DNA of 64,000 bases from Octopus sinensis (Eukaryota). The stretch spans positions 51,770,001 to 51,834,000 of the forward strand of contig NC_043010.1 of the NCBI RefSeq assembly GCF_006345805.1. The letters run 5' to 3'. The translations under genes were made by a program, and so were the position numbers. Within the stretch, counting starts at the first letter, position 1, and the number at the start of each line of letters is the position of its first letter. Of this stretch, positions 1 to 14,214 are shown in pieces. Under the pieces are notes generated by a model. It was not told the origin of the DNA and made no database searches. It saw nothing but the letters and a program-made list of their open reading frames with translations.

Positions 1-917
1 ACTTACCACATAGCCTCTCCTGCGCCTGCATTTTTTTTTTTTTCAGTTACACCAATGATTCAAGCCACGTGGAAGCCTGTACATGATGGCTTGACATGGT
101 AGAAATAACAACTAAATTTCCCTCAAATCACACTGCACTGTTTTAACTAAATACAGGATGGTCATAGGGAGAACAGATTCATAGTGAGATCATGGATTTA
201 TTCAACCGAAGCTGACATGGGCAACTAAGCAGCGACAACAGCAACAACAACATAGTCATTTATTTATTTCAGAGCTTTGAATTCTTCCCCTCCACCAAAA
301 AATTAAAAAAAATAAAATATAATAATAATAATAATAATAACAATAATAATAATAATAACTCCACTTGGTGAATAAAAAAAAATTGATAAAACACAGATAT
401 AATTTTGATGTAACTGGGTTGTTTGAAACAGATGGTTTTGTAGAGAAATGGCCCCAGTTTCATGCTCTCTTTCTTGTATTGAGTGAAGAAAACTAAACAG
501 CAGAAATGAATAACAAAAATAGATTAGAAATGAATATATAAAAAAATAAGTACCATTTTTGGTTTAAGGTTGAAAGAGCTAAGCATGTAAAGAACTCTAG
601 TGTAACCAACCGTTTACAGAGAAGCATCTGCTTTAAGATTTCTGGTAAAACCATTAGTTTGTTGGATCTTGTCTATGCTAGATTAATTTTGAGCAAACTG
701 GAAGTAAGATGGAAAAAAAATAAATACCATCTTGGACCATTCTCTTATATGACAGAGACGCAAATTATGAAATTTCTAAGCTGTAAATCTTGAACATTCA
801 CAAAATTTGTATTGATTCAGTTTGACTATCCAGGTGAATATTAAGCAAAAAGTATTTTTTGTTTTCTGTTTTTTTTTTACCTGGAATGTATGCAGAAATT
901 TTTGACAAGAATTCATA

Positions 918-1113
918 TAGGTGTAGGAGTGGCTGTGTGGTAAGTAGCTTGCTTACCAACCACATGGTTCCAGGTTCAGTCCCACTGCATGGCACCCTTG
1001 GGCAAGTGTCGTCTACTATAGCCTCGGGCTGACCAAAGACTTGTGAGTGGATTTGGTAGACAGAAACTGAAAGAAGCCCGTCGTATATATGCATATGTAT
1101 GTATATGTATATG

Positions 1114-1144
<31 letters not shown>

Positions 1145-1353
1145 ATATATGTTTGTGTGTCTGTGTTTGTCCCCCCAACATCGCTTAACAACTGATGCTG
1201 GTGTATTTATGTCCCCGTAACCTAGCAGTTCGGCAAAAGAGACCGGTAGAATAAGTGCTAGGCTTACAAAGAATAAGTCCTGGGGTCGATTTGCTCGACT
1301 AAAGGTGGTGCTCCAGCATGGCCACGGTCACATGACTGAAACAAGTAAAAGAG
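918..1353 (+). mobile_element. SINE family A (tRNA-like head + internal TA/TG microsatellite + tail), full copy
   Basis: Head GGAGTGGCTGTGTGGTAAG..GGTTCAGTCCC (A/B-box-like), microsatellite 1083-1160, tail ending GAAACAAGTAAAAGAG; the same sequence recurs many times in the window. Confidence 0.9.
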
Positions 1354-1355
1354 CA

Positions 1356-1804
1356 TTGGGCTACAGCAAATATTCTGTTCAATACCACAGATTTGCTTGT
1401 CAGTTGTTTGACCTTAACCAGTTGAGCATGACCCTTAGTGGCTGACAATATGTGCATCTATGATCACGAGCAGAAGTAGTGTGGGAGCATCATAGCCATG
1501 TGTTGAGAGGAATTCTTTGGGGTTTGGATAATTCACCTTTGGAAACATTGGTGTTTCTTTCAACATCCTTAAATAACCCTTATTCAGGGATCTTTTGAGC
1601 AGTATGGGCTACCCAACCTGAAGAAAATTCTAACTGGGCTCCACCCACAAGGTCATGCACTGTTAATCTTGATATGAGATTACCATGTCACACACATATG
1701 GTTGTGATTCATGTGCCTGGAGTATCCTTATCAGACAGGTAGTCATGATGGGTATATTGGGCTTCGTATATTTGTACCTCAGAGCATGCACTGCTCTCTC
1801 TCTC
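1356..1804 (+). mobile_element. 3' portion of a non-LTR-type interspersed repeat ending in (AAT)n
   Basis: Last ~110 bp match 27897-28012 and end at the same point (GCACTGCTCTCTC[A/T]CTC) before an AAT tract. Confidence 0.6.
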
Positions 1805-1950
<146 letters not shown>

Positions 1951-2677
1951 AGGTGAGAATGGTAGTGGAGTTTAGGGTTATCTATATTTTTTACATGTTT
2001 CAGTCATTGGACTACAGCCATGCAGGGTGTCAACTTCAAGGGTTTTAGTGGAACAAATTGACCCCTACATATGTTAATTTAAAATTAGTAATAGTAAATA
2101 AAGCAATAACAGGGAATGAGAAACAGACACAATCACACACACACACTCTTGTCGCATTCTCTTGGATTTCTTTGACATATTGAAATCTTATTCCTTTCAA
2201 GTGGGATTTGATTTTTGGAAAGATTCTTGGCTGAATCAGGGGTGGGGTATGTTTTTAGTGCAGCAGGTAAAAATTTCCTAAGAAAAAGGTCCACGGGTGG
2301 ATCACAGATTCTAACTGTTATATCTGCGAAAAACTTGTATATATCAATGTATAATTTGATATACATTAATAAAGATAAGTTTAACGCATTAAATTAACGT
2401 GTAACATCTTCGTTAATGCTGTCACTGAATTTAGGGCCTTTATATTACTTATGGGGTATTCTACTTTTTTCAGCTAAAGTGTAGTTGGGTCTCAAGGGGG
2501 TGGAACAAACCTAGCAATATGTGTTTTATAGTGAAAACAAAATTTCCATTCCAATGGCAATTACAAGACGATTTCTGACCATTTTAAGTCATTGCGGAAA
2601 CGTGAACTGTGTCGCAAATGGGAAAAACTAATATTGTATAAATTTTGATTGAAAAATTTACTATATTTTGTACATAT

Positions 2678-3090
2678 GTAGTTTGCTTACCAACCACATG
2701 GTCCTGGGTTCAGTCCCACTGCATGGCACCTTGGGCAAGTGTCTTCTGCTATAGCCTCAGGCTACCAAAGCCATGTGAGTGGATTTGGTAGACGGAAACT
2801 GAAAGTAGCCCGTCATATATATGTATATATATATGTATATATATATATATTATATATATGTATATGCATGTGTGTGTGTATATGTTTGTGTTTCTGTGTT
2901 TGTCCCCCCAACATCACTTGACAACCGATGCTGGTGTGTTTACGTCCCCGTAACTTAGTGGTTCAGCAAAAGAGACCGATAAAATAAGTACTAGGCTTAC
3001 AAAGAATAAGTCCTGGGGTCGATTTGCTCGACTATAAAGGCAGTGCTCCAGCATGGCCGCAGTCAAATGACTGTCACAAATAAAAGAGTA
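2678..3090 (+). mobile_element. SINE family A, 5'-truncated
   Basis: Near-collinear with 918-1353. Confidence 0.9.
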
Positions 3091-3649
3091 AAGTGTAAGA
3101 GAGGGGTATATCAGCCTGCAGGCATAATAAAATGGGTTCATGGATGCAATTGCGCCACAGACGGGAGTTTCTCCACCCCTGCTTTAGACACATACAGTCA
3201 CTGAGGGAACCTCCATGGTGTGATGAGACGACCACGCTCTACATACTTTACAACCAAACACTGCTATAAACAAAACTGAGTGAGAACATTATAACTTAGT
3301 GCGACAGGAAGAGCATCCACCCAGCACAAAATCCATCTCAACTAAATTCCATCAGAATCATGCGAGCACTCAACAAGTGGATGTTAAAACACTAACAATG
3401 ATATGATTTTTCCCTACAGCTATTGCACCTCACCCCTCCATCTGATGGTGTGTGGGCTGGAAGGAAGTTAGAGAAGAGGTATATCCATTTCAGCTTAATT
3501 TAATTATCTTCAGCTTACATCATCATTTTCGTTATCATTATAATCCTCATCAACACATTCCCATCATCCTATTATCATTCTCTCCCAACTCACTGTTATC
3601 ATTAGTATTGTTTTCCTTTTGATTAAATCAGTATTCATGCATTCCGACA

Positions 3650-3756
3650 TACATATATAATTTATATATAATTATATATATATATATATATATAATAATT
3701 TATGTATACATAATTATATATAATTTTATATACATAAAATTACATACATAATTATT

Positions 3757-3798
<42 letters not shown>

Positions 3799-3902
3799 TA
3801 TATATACACACATATATATATATCATATATATATATAATTATATATATAATAATTTTATGTATACCTAATTATATATACATAAAATTACATACATAATTA
3901 TT

Positions 3903-3944
<42 letters not shown>

Positions 3945-3947
3945 TAT

Positions 3948-4009
<62 letters not shown>

Positions 4010-4313
4010 ATATATCATATATATATAATTATATATATATATTTTTGTGTATACATAATTATATATATTTTATATACATAAAATTACATACATAATTATT
4101 TATAATTTTATATACATAAAATACATACATAATTATTTATAATTTTATATACATAAAATACATACATAATTATTTATATATAAAATATATATATATAAAA
4201 TATCTATATAATTATATGTACATAGAAATATATAACTATATGATGATGATGATGATGATATGAATATAAATTTATATATAATTATATATACATAAAATGA
4301 TATGTATATAATT

Positions 4314-4364
<51 letters not shown>

Positions 4365-4420
4365 TACATAAAATTATATATATAAAATATATATCTCTAA
4401 AATTATATATATATATAGAT
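3650..4420. repeat. Degenerate (TA)n / ATACATA low-complexity tract
   Basis: Direct reading. Confidence 0.95.
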
Positions 4421-4766
4421 AGATAGACAGACAGATACATACATACATGCAAATACACATAAATATCTATATGTTTGCATGTATGGTTGCAAACACAGAT
4501 GCACTAAACGCATTCATACATGCATTACAGTAGAAATAACACAAATCCATACAAACGCTTTCAACACAAGTCTACTTCTACATATGTACCCATAATACGA
4601 ACACATACACACAAATATATATACACATGCACACGTCTATAGAATGATCTACTGTAATACAATGATAACATACACATGTAAAATCTCGCGGATACATGTA
4701 TGTATATGACAGATGTACACATATTTGTATGTCGCATGTAGATGCGTAAGTGATGCACAGACACAG

Positions 4767-4805
<39 letters not shown>

Positions 4806-5633
4806 TATACATAGACACAGACATATAGAAACACAAACAGCTGATATATATACAACTATATACACACACACTCATCCAAATGCACAATCTCATAATCACA
4901 CGCATACTTGCTACCAACCATCATCACATATAGACACATACAGACATTCTCTTTCTTTCTTTCTTTTTTACTCTCTCTCTCACACACACACACATACACA
5001 CACACAACACACACACATATATATAAATACACATACATAAGTATGCACGCAGAAACCTTGAATGCAAGCACTACTAAACGTACTTGAACCATATAATATA
5101 CAGCTATTATACACTATTATCACCAGGTGGCGACACAAAACCACCACCAACACCACCACCACCACCACATCCACCACTAACACTAAGTACAATTACAAAA
5201 TACCACCACGACTGCTGCGGCTGCCACTGCTACCTATACCGTCACAACTACCACCATGACCATCAAACCGCCAGTACTGCAAAACAGTAAATCAACATGC
5301 ATTAACATTACACACACACACACACACACCACACACACACACACACACACGCACGCACACACGCACACATTCATATGTGTGTGTCTGTGTAAGCAATGAC
5401 AGAATGTATGTATAAAGTGCTTGTCAAGTGTCTCTGTGCACACCTATGCGCACACACAATTATTCTCCTTTTTCCATTCTCATTGGAAGCCACACTAATT
5501 GAATGTGTAATGTATAGACACACTTATATTGCCTCTCTATTTTTTTCCCCTCTCTAATTCTCACTCTCCTTATCATTTGTGCATGTGTGTGTGCATGTGC
5601 TTGTGTGTGTGTGAAAACATGTGTATATATGTA

Positions 5634-5691
<58 letters not shown>

Positions 5692-5713
5692 AATATGGAT
5701 ATATATATGTGTG

Positions 5714-5784
<71 letters not shown>

Positions 5785-6243
5785 CGTATATATATGTACG
5801 TATTTGCTTCTTTATCTATTACTTTAGCTATCTAAAAGAGCACACAAATACTTACATATACACACACACGCATACGTACATACATATACGAACACATATA
5901 CCTACGCATATATGTATGTACATAGACATATGTAAGCATACATACATACATACATACATACACATATATATATATTACAATTACATACAACACAATGCAA
6001 GCAGACTTCGGTGACATACATTTTATAACCTTTGTGTACAAGCAACCTGCTAAGTGTCACTCTTATTATATCTTCATACTTACTTAAATACATGCAAACA
6101 TACATACATATACATTCAACTATACACATACATATTCAACTATACATACATACAGTCATACATGTGCATATTCACCTCTATAAATATATGTATGTATGTA
6201 TTAAGTATGTATGTATGTATGTATGTATGTATGTGTATATATT

Positions 6244-6580
6244 CTTTTAGTCTTTTACTTGTTTCAGTCATTTGACTGTGGCCATGCTGGAGCACACCAC
6301 CTTTGGCTGAACAAATCAACTCCAGGACTTATTCTTTGTAAGCCTAGTACTTATTCTATTGGTCTCTTTTGCCCAACCAATAAGTTTCGTGGACATAAAA
6401 GCACCAGCATTGGTTGTCAAGTGATGGTGGGTGGGTGGGGACATACACACACACATACATAACAAGCTTTTTTCAGCTTCCAACTATCAAATCTACGCAC
6501 AAGGTTTCATTCGGCCCAAGGCTATACCAGAAGACACTTGCTCAAGGTGCCACACAGTGGGACTGAACCCAGAACTATGA
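6244..6580 (-). mobile_element. SINE family A, diverged
   Basis: Reverse complement of tail (TTTTACTTGTTTCAGTCATTTGACTG) and head (GGGACTGAACCC). Confidence 0.85.
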
Positions 6581-6694
6581 AGATATGATAGTTCCACCAA
6601 AAGAGCCAGCTATTGTAAGCAATAACAAATATTGAAAAAAAACACATTTGGCCAAATTTGAACATTCGACAGTTTAAAACATATAGCAACAATA

Positions 6695-6725
<31 letters not shown>

Positions 6726-7156
6726 ATCTAATTTATATATACATATATATACAGTTTTTCACATGTAAAATATAAAGTAATTGTTAAATATCTGTATTGT
6801 ATACATAATATACGATATATATATATATATACTATATCTATGTGTGAATTTGTGCCTGTGATTTATGAAGTTGTATAGATGTGTGTATGTGTATGTACAC
6901 TCACACATACACATGTATATAATGTAAACACACGTATATTATACACACACATATGCACACACACACACACATACACACAGATTCATAAAAACAAGTTCAG
7001 GCCACTTAAGAATAAAGAACTCAAAATGCATAAGTCTAAGTGTCATGTTTCTAAGAGGTTTGACCATGTTCCTGTGAACTAATAACCTCACACTATTTAC
7101 CGGTTCCCTTCATCAAGCTTACTTACCAACTACTTACACATCATGATTTCTTAAAA

Positions 7157-7187
<31 letters not shown>

Positions 7188-7348
7188 ATATATATATAGG
7201 TGCAGGAGTGGCTCCATGGTAAGTAGATTGCTTACCAACCACCTCTCCTTTTGAAAAAACTTTTAAAGATTTTTCTCACAATAAAGAATTGAACAATTAA
7301 ATGAATAAATTCACATGTAATGAGAACCCCTTTGGACATGAATGAATT

Positions 7349-7656
7349 AGGGATTGCACCTAGAAAGTTACCCTCTGAGGCACACGTCTGGGCAAGGTTG
7401 TTTATGGAAGTCCAGCAGTCACCCAAGCATACCAACCTCGCCTCTCCACGCCACCAGTTTTATCCAAGGGAAAGGCAAAGGCCGATACAGCTTGGCACCA
7501 GTGACATCGCAACTCATTTCTACAGCTGAGTTAACTGGAGCAACGTGAAATAAAGTGTCTTGCTCAAGAACACAACACGCAGCCCAGCACGGGAATCAAA
7601 CTCACAACCTCTCGATCGTAAGCTTGATGCTCTAACCACTGAGCCATGTGCCTTCA
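7349..7656 (-). mobile_element. tRNA-derived SINE, head type D
   Basis: Minus strand GGCACATGGCTCAGTGGTTAGAGC..GAGTTTGATTCCC..TTGAGCAAGACACTTTATTTCACGTTGCTCCAG; related heads at 8780-8912, 44150-44375 and 49932-50238. Confidence 0.8.
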
Positions 7657-7769
7657 CACGTAAATAAATTATTAAATAAAGATACCGAGGGATCAGAAGT
7701 GATTAAGGAAAGTGAAGCAGAAGAGAGATTCTCTTAGCTAAAACATTTTCCGTAACTCAAGATTAGCTA

Positions 7770-7832
<63 letters not shown>

Positions 7833-9137
7833 TGTGTGTGTGTGTGTGTGTACGTCTGTGCACGCGCAGTATGGAAAGTTTATTTATAAGTTCTTACAAG
7901 CTCTCCTCTCACCTGCATCATTACACATACATTATACATACATTATCCAACTTGATAAATATACTTGTTTATATATATGTATATATATAGTTGAAATTAA
8001 TAGAAAAACAAAAGATGAAGACAGGTGTATGAAAACAACAAGCAGGTGAGAAAGTTTTTTACGTTTCGAGCCTACACTCTTCAACGGAAAGGAATAAGAG
8101 AAAATAAAGAGAGAGAGAATAAAAATACTTGTGGATTTAGCGATCAAGCATGACGGCTGATATACACACACACAAAAGTAGGTATGTATGTATGTATATA
8201 TACACACACAAATACATTCACACACAAAAATGGAAAAGAGGAAATGTTTACATGTATATGTGTGTGTATATATATATATATATATACACACAGATGCACA
8301 TATCTATCACCACACACATACACACACATGCAAACCATTTACATGATCAAGGAAAGAAGCAAAATGAATATATAAATAATTATGTATATTAACAAGAACC
8401 TAAACAAAATACTTAGAGAATAAGTATAGTTATGATGTAGTACAGCTTGAAATAGAAGCCTTTTGAGTGATGAAATAATGTGACAAGGTAGATGAAGTTT
8501 TACCCTTGAATTGAAGTAAATAATTGAAGAACCCCACCCACACTTGCATACATAGTTGGTGGGGGTGGGATGAAGAGATTGTAAGAAATAGATAAGAAAT
8601 AATAATGATTTACAATGGAATAATAACTGGGGTTTCTTACAAGAAACCACAAATTCGTAAGGAATTTGATTCACACACACACACACACACCACACATAAA
8701 AAAAAAATGGTAAAGCTTCCTTCTGGAATCATGGTTTCTATGATGTAATAAATTGCACACCTGGACGCGAGTCCATCACAAGATTACTCATTTTTGCCAG
8801 GTGAGTGGACTAGAGCAACATGAAATGAAGTGCCCAGCCCAGGAATTGAAACAATAATCTTACAATCATGAGTCCAGTACCTTAACCACTAAGTTATGTG
8901 CCTCCACTACACATATGAGAAAAAGGGATTCAAAAATCTGAGATGGCTCCTCAGTAAGCACTTCCATGAATACTGGCTATCAGAGTATATATTCATTTGA
9001 TAGAAAACTATCCATATAAACTGCAATTCTAGTCAAGTAAATTAGTTGCAGAGTATAATGCAGTAAGTCAAGGAGTGGAATTTATGGTATAACAATTTAA
9101 TTCTTTTTGCATTTGTTTCAACACTATATATAATATA

Positions 9138-9698
9138 TTGGGTTGTCCAGAAAGTTCATGCCGATTTATAGCAGCTTACCTTTCAACTTATTTTATGGTT
9201 GAGTCCATAAAATAGGATTTGACTACACCTCCATTTAGAGCACAGTTTAAGCTATCTTTTCATGGAAGAAGGTTTATGTTCCTATAACCTGAGTTAATTC
9301 TGTAACCCTTTAAAATGGAAGATAAGAAAGTTCATTTTCGGCACTTGATGCTATGGGAACCAGACAAAAATTGCTGCAGCTCGGCTGGGATGTGTTACCC
9401 CACACTCCATATTCACCAGATATTGCTCCTTCAGATTTCCACTTATTCAGGTCTCTGCAGAATAGTCTTAATGGTAAAAATTTCAATTCCTTTGATGATG
9501 TAAAAAGATACCTTGATGAATTCTTTGCCTTGAAACCACCTCATTTCTAGGAAGTGGGTATTTTCAAGTTAATGGAAAAATGGAGACGCATTGTGCAACA
9601 AAATGGTTCATATTTGGTTGATTAAAAATGTAATGGCAAGTATTTATTGACCTTTTTCTTTCCTTTAAAAATTGGCACAAACTTTCCAGACAACCCAA
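9138..9698 (+). mobile_element. Internally deleted mariner transposon (non-autonomous)
   Basis: TIRs TTGGGTTGTCCAGAAAGTTCATGCCGATT / AATTGGCACAAACTTTCCAGACAACCCAA with TA on both sides; N-terminus MEDKKVHFRHLMLWE (9315) fused out of frame to C-terminus LGWDVLPHTPYSPDIAPSDFHLFRSLQNSL; TAG at 9548. Confidence 0.93.
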
Positions 9699-10011
9699 TA
9701 CATTTCATGAATATTAGAATTAATATGAATGTAAATGTTTTTTATATTACAGTATAATATTTATGCAAACCATGTGAATTTCATTAGACAAGGTCTCAAA
9801 ATAATTTGTTGCAATCTTACAAATTCATTTATATTAATTTAATATTTATATTCATGATATGTATATTTTGTATAGTGTTAAAATAAGCATAATTTAAGAA
9901 TTAAATTTGTTGATTTGTTTGTCTAAAATTCTTCAAGGCAGTGCCCCAGCATGGCTGTGGTCTAATGACTGAAATATGCAAAAGATAAAAGATATTTATA
10001 TAAAAACCTTC

Positions 10012-10535
10012 AAGGCATAAGCGCAGGAGTGGCTGTGGTAAGTAGCTTGTTTAACAACCACATGGTTCCGGGTTCAGTCCCACTGTGTGACACCTTGGGC
10101 CAGTGTCTTCTACTGTAGCCTTGGGTCGACCAAAGCCTTGTGAGTGGATTTGGTAGACAGAAACTGAAAGAAGCCTTGTTTGTTCCCTCTATGTTTAGCC
10201 CCTTGTGGGCAATAAAGAAAGAAATAAGAAACTGAAAGAAGCCTGTTGTATGTATGTATGTATGTGTGTATGTGTGTACATGTGTGTGTATGTGTATTTG
10301 TCCCTCCAACATTGCTTGACAACTGATGCTGGTGTGTTTATGTCCCCATAACTTAGCAGTTCGGCAAAAGAGTCCGATAGAATAAGTACTAGGCTCACAA
10401 AGAATAAGTCCTGGGGTCGATTTGCTCGACTAAAGGTGGTGCTCCAGCATGGCTGCAGTCAAATGACTGAAACAAGTAAAAGAAAGGTGGTGCCCCAGCA
10501 TGGCCACAGTCCAATGACTGAAACAAGTAAATCAC
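10012..10535 (+). mobile_element. SINE family A carrying a 51-bp SINE-B 3' end and a duplicated tail
   Basis: Collinear with family A; insert 10176-10226 flanked by 17-bp duplication AGAAACTGAAAGAAGCC. Confidence 0.88.
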
Positions 10536-10835
10536 AAAGCATACTGATGCATTTACAGGAGAAGCATCAGTGGCTGAGTGGATAAAAATGTAATTACACT
10601 GAGTTTAGAAATAAAGGTTTTAGGTTCAAATCTAGCCTGGTACTAGATATGCATTTCAGGAATAAAACACCTGATGAATACCAGGCTATCTGAATAGCCT
10701 TGTGGGTCCCTAAGGCAGGACAATGCCCTGGAGACTGTAGAGCCCTTAGGCAACAGCTCAGTGAGCCCATGCTGGGAGATGACTCTGATGATGACAATGT
10801 CAAACTGATCAAAATTTAGTGAATATATAAATATT

Positions 10836-11480
10836 CTTTTCTACTCTAGGCACAAGGCCTGAAATTTTGGGGGAGGGGGCCAATCGATCAGATCGACTCC
10901 AGTACCCAACTAGTACTTAATTAATCAACCTCGAAAGGATGAAAGGCAAAGTCGACCTCAGCAGAATTTGAAATCAGAACGTATAGTCAGACAAAATACC
11001 ACTAAGCTAACGTTTCTTATTTCTTTACTGCCCACAATTGGCTACACACAGAGGGGACAAACAAGGACAGACAAACGAATTAAGTCGATTATATCAACCC
11101 CAGTGCGTAACTGGTAATTATTTAATCGACCCCAAAAGGATGAGAGGCAAAGTTAACCTCAGTGGAATTTGATCTCAGAACGTAGCGGCAGGCGAAATAC
11201 CGCTAAGCATTTCGCCCGGTATGCTAACAACTCTGCCATCTTGCCACCTTAGTGAAGATATAAATATTCTTTTCTACTCTAGTACAAGGCCTGAAATTTT
11301 GGGGAAGGGGGCCAGTCGATTAGATCGACCCCAGTACGCAACTGGTACTTAATTAATCGACCTCGAAAGGATGAAAGGCAAAGTCAACCTCGGTGGAATT
11401 TGAACTCAGAACATAGCGGCAGACAAAATACCGCTAAGCATTTCGCCCAACGTGCTAACATTTCTGCCAGCTCACCACCT
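10836..11480 (-). mobile_element. Three tandem SINE-B copies (tRNA head AGGCGGCGAGCTGGCAG; core GCCTTTCATCCTTTCGGGGTCGATAA, resembling the MetaSINE domain as I recall it)
   Basis: Repeated AAAGGATGAAAGGCAAAGTCGACCTC..GAATTTGAACTCAGAAC at ~10935, ~11135 and ~11365. Confidence 0.88.
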
Positions 11481-11985
11481 TAGTGAAGATGTAAATATTG
11501 TAAGATCAAAGATAAACGAAAGTATATTTCCTTTATTCTATCTGTTTTATGTTTAAGCTGGCTGGATCTAGTCTCTCACACCAACTCTACAATGTTCTTC
11601 TAAAACTAAAACAATCACACCATCAAAAACTCGAAGCTGTTAGATAATTAGATAATGCATGATTAAATCAAAACAATGTGAATCAATAAGCATTATATTT
11701 AACAGAGTAATCTGAATGCTGAAGGGGTAAAGTTGAGATAGATAATCTGGAAGGAGCCATAAACCCTAATTTTTTTTAACAATACTTCATCTTTACACAT
11801 CCAGGAACAGAAATAAGACATCTGATGATGAGAAGAGATCAGACTTACTGAAATGTAGTGTAAATATTTCATCACTAAAGATTAACTCAATTAGACAAAA
11901 TAACAAACAAACAAAAAAATGGTGCTGCTTTAGTGTGCAGTCTACCGCAGTAACTGTAATCTGCAGCTGTGAAATGACCTGATCT

Positions 11986-12063
11986 GGGTTAGGGATTAGG
12001 GCTCAGGGTTAGGGTTTGGGGTTTGGGGTTAGGGTTAGGATTAGGTTTGGGGGTTAGAGTTAG
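11986..12063 (+). repeat. Degenerate (TTAGGG)-like interstitial repeat
   Basis: GGGTTAGGGATTAGGGCTCAGGGTTAGGGTTTGGGGTTTGGGGTTAGGGTTAGG. Confidence 0.75.
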
Positions 12064-12207
12064 TGTTTGACAGCATACTAAAGTTAGCACCCACAAAACT
12101 TATAATCTTATGAACAACTCGTTTAGATAACAGAGGAGACATTAACAGATTTAATTATTTACTTGGATTTGGGATAAGGATTTGGGTTTGTTTAGAATTT
12201 TACACCA

Positions 12208-12470
12208 TATGTGTGTGCGTGTGTGTGTGAGTGTGTGTGTGCGTGTGAGTGTGTGGTGTGTGTGTGAGTGTGTGGTGTGTGTGTGTGTGTGTGTGGGTGT
12301 GGGTGTGTATGTGTGTGTGTGCGTGGTGTGTTATGTTGGTGTGCGCGTGTAATGTGGTGTGTGTGCGTGTGTGTGTATGTGTGTGTATGGTGTGTGTGCG
12401 TGTGTGTGTGTGTATGTGTTGTGTGTGTGTGTGTGTGGTGTGTGTGTGTGTGTGTGGTTGTGTGTGTGTC
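12208..12470. repeat. (TG)n-rich tract
   Basis: Direct reading. Confidence 0.95.
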
Positions 12471-13142
12471 AATGGCAATATCAAGACACCATTGTCGTTA
12501 TACATCCGCTTTCCATGTTGGCATGGGTTGGATGGGTCATCGGAGTCTGAGTCAGTTCTAATTTGGAGTTAATTGCCTTCCTAGATGATTCAAGGGACAA
12601 TATCTTATTCATGCGTTCCATTAATTATTAAGTTAATTGAATAATTAATTAATTTCATTTTGCTTTTATATTTATCTATTTATTTATTTATTTATCTTTA
12701 TATTTCTGCACCACAGTCTCTCTCTCTCTCTCTCTCTCTCTCCCCATTTTCTTTCACCTCCTCCTCCTCATCACCACCACCACCACCACCACCACCACCA
12801 CCACCACCAATGATATATAATACTGAAGGAAGATAACACTTTATTAAGGAGAAGGGAAGAGGTAGTTCACGGCTTTACTCACACACAGACACACACACAC
12901 GCATACATACTAGCAAGAGTGACACATATATGTTCATCTGTATACACACACACACCAATATATACATACAGATACCTATACATAGACAGACATACATACA
13001 CAGCTGGTGGTACATACATGTACAAATACACATACATGTACATCTGTACACGTACACACATACACAAACACCAACATATACATACACGCACTTATACATA
13101 AATACACACACATAAACAGCTGGTGATAAACACATACACATC

Positions 13143-13181
<39 letters not shown>

Positions 13182-13504
13182 GAACATGCAGACATACATA
13201 CTACATGTAGGTATGCACACTTATACAACTAGTAACACATACATGTACATTTATACATTGACACATACATGCACACAGATATACGCATACAGCTAGTGAC
13301 ACATAGAAGCACATCAATATACGCATGCACTGAGACACACACACACACACACATGTACAAATGCACATACACACGCACTCACTAATAGGCTCTTTTCAAC
13401 CGTATTCCTTTAGATGTATCAAATAGGGGTGGGAAAGGGGTTGATAAGTGAATGTGGGGCACTGGAAGAGAATGGGAAAGGGAGAATGGGTGGGGGATGA
13501 CTCA

Positions 13505-14105
13505 TTCACCACTGCCGCTGCGCCACCATCACCTCCACCACCACAACCACCACTCTACTGCCATCACCACCACAACCACTGCCACAACCACCACTCCACT
13601 GCCACCACCACCACAACCACCACTCTACTGCCACCACCGCCACCACAACCACCACTCCACTGCCACCACCACCACAACCACCACTACCACCACCACAACA
13701 ACAACAACAACTGCCATTAACTCTACACAACCACAATCACAACTATTACTAACAATGTTACAGCAACAACAATAACAACAACAACAACAACAACAACCAC
13801 AATAAGCAATGTCAACACCACCGCCACCACTATCACATCACCACTTAAGTACTGCTACAATAACACCACTTGTACCACCACTACCACCACCACCACCACT
13901 GCTGATACCAACACTATCACCACCACAACAACAGTAACAAGAACAACACAACAGTGACCACTGTAGCATTACCACAACACCAACAACACCCTCACAACAA
14001 CTCCACAACCACCACCACCACCACAACAACATTAATCACCACTACCACCTCCACCTATATCAACAGCACCACCATAACACATCCACCACCACCACCACCG
14101 CCCTG
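13505..14105. repeat. CAC/CAA/ACT trinucleotide low-complexity tract
   Basis: Direct reading. Confidence 0.93.
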
Positions 14106-14214
14106 AATATTGATTTTTAACATTGGCACAAGGATATTAAACCCCTCCTAAGCTCCACTAATATCATTTGTCATTCATTCATTTATTTATCTATTTATTT
14201 ATTTATTTATTTAT

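Noticed and set aside
10665-10715. Hammerhead at CTGATGA plus hairpin
   Set aside because: No GAAA core after the stem.
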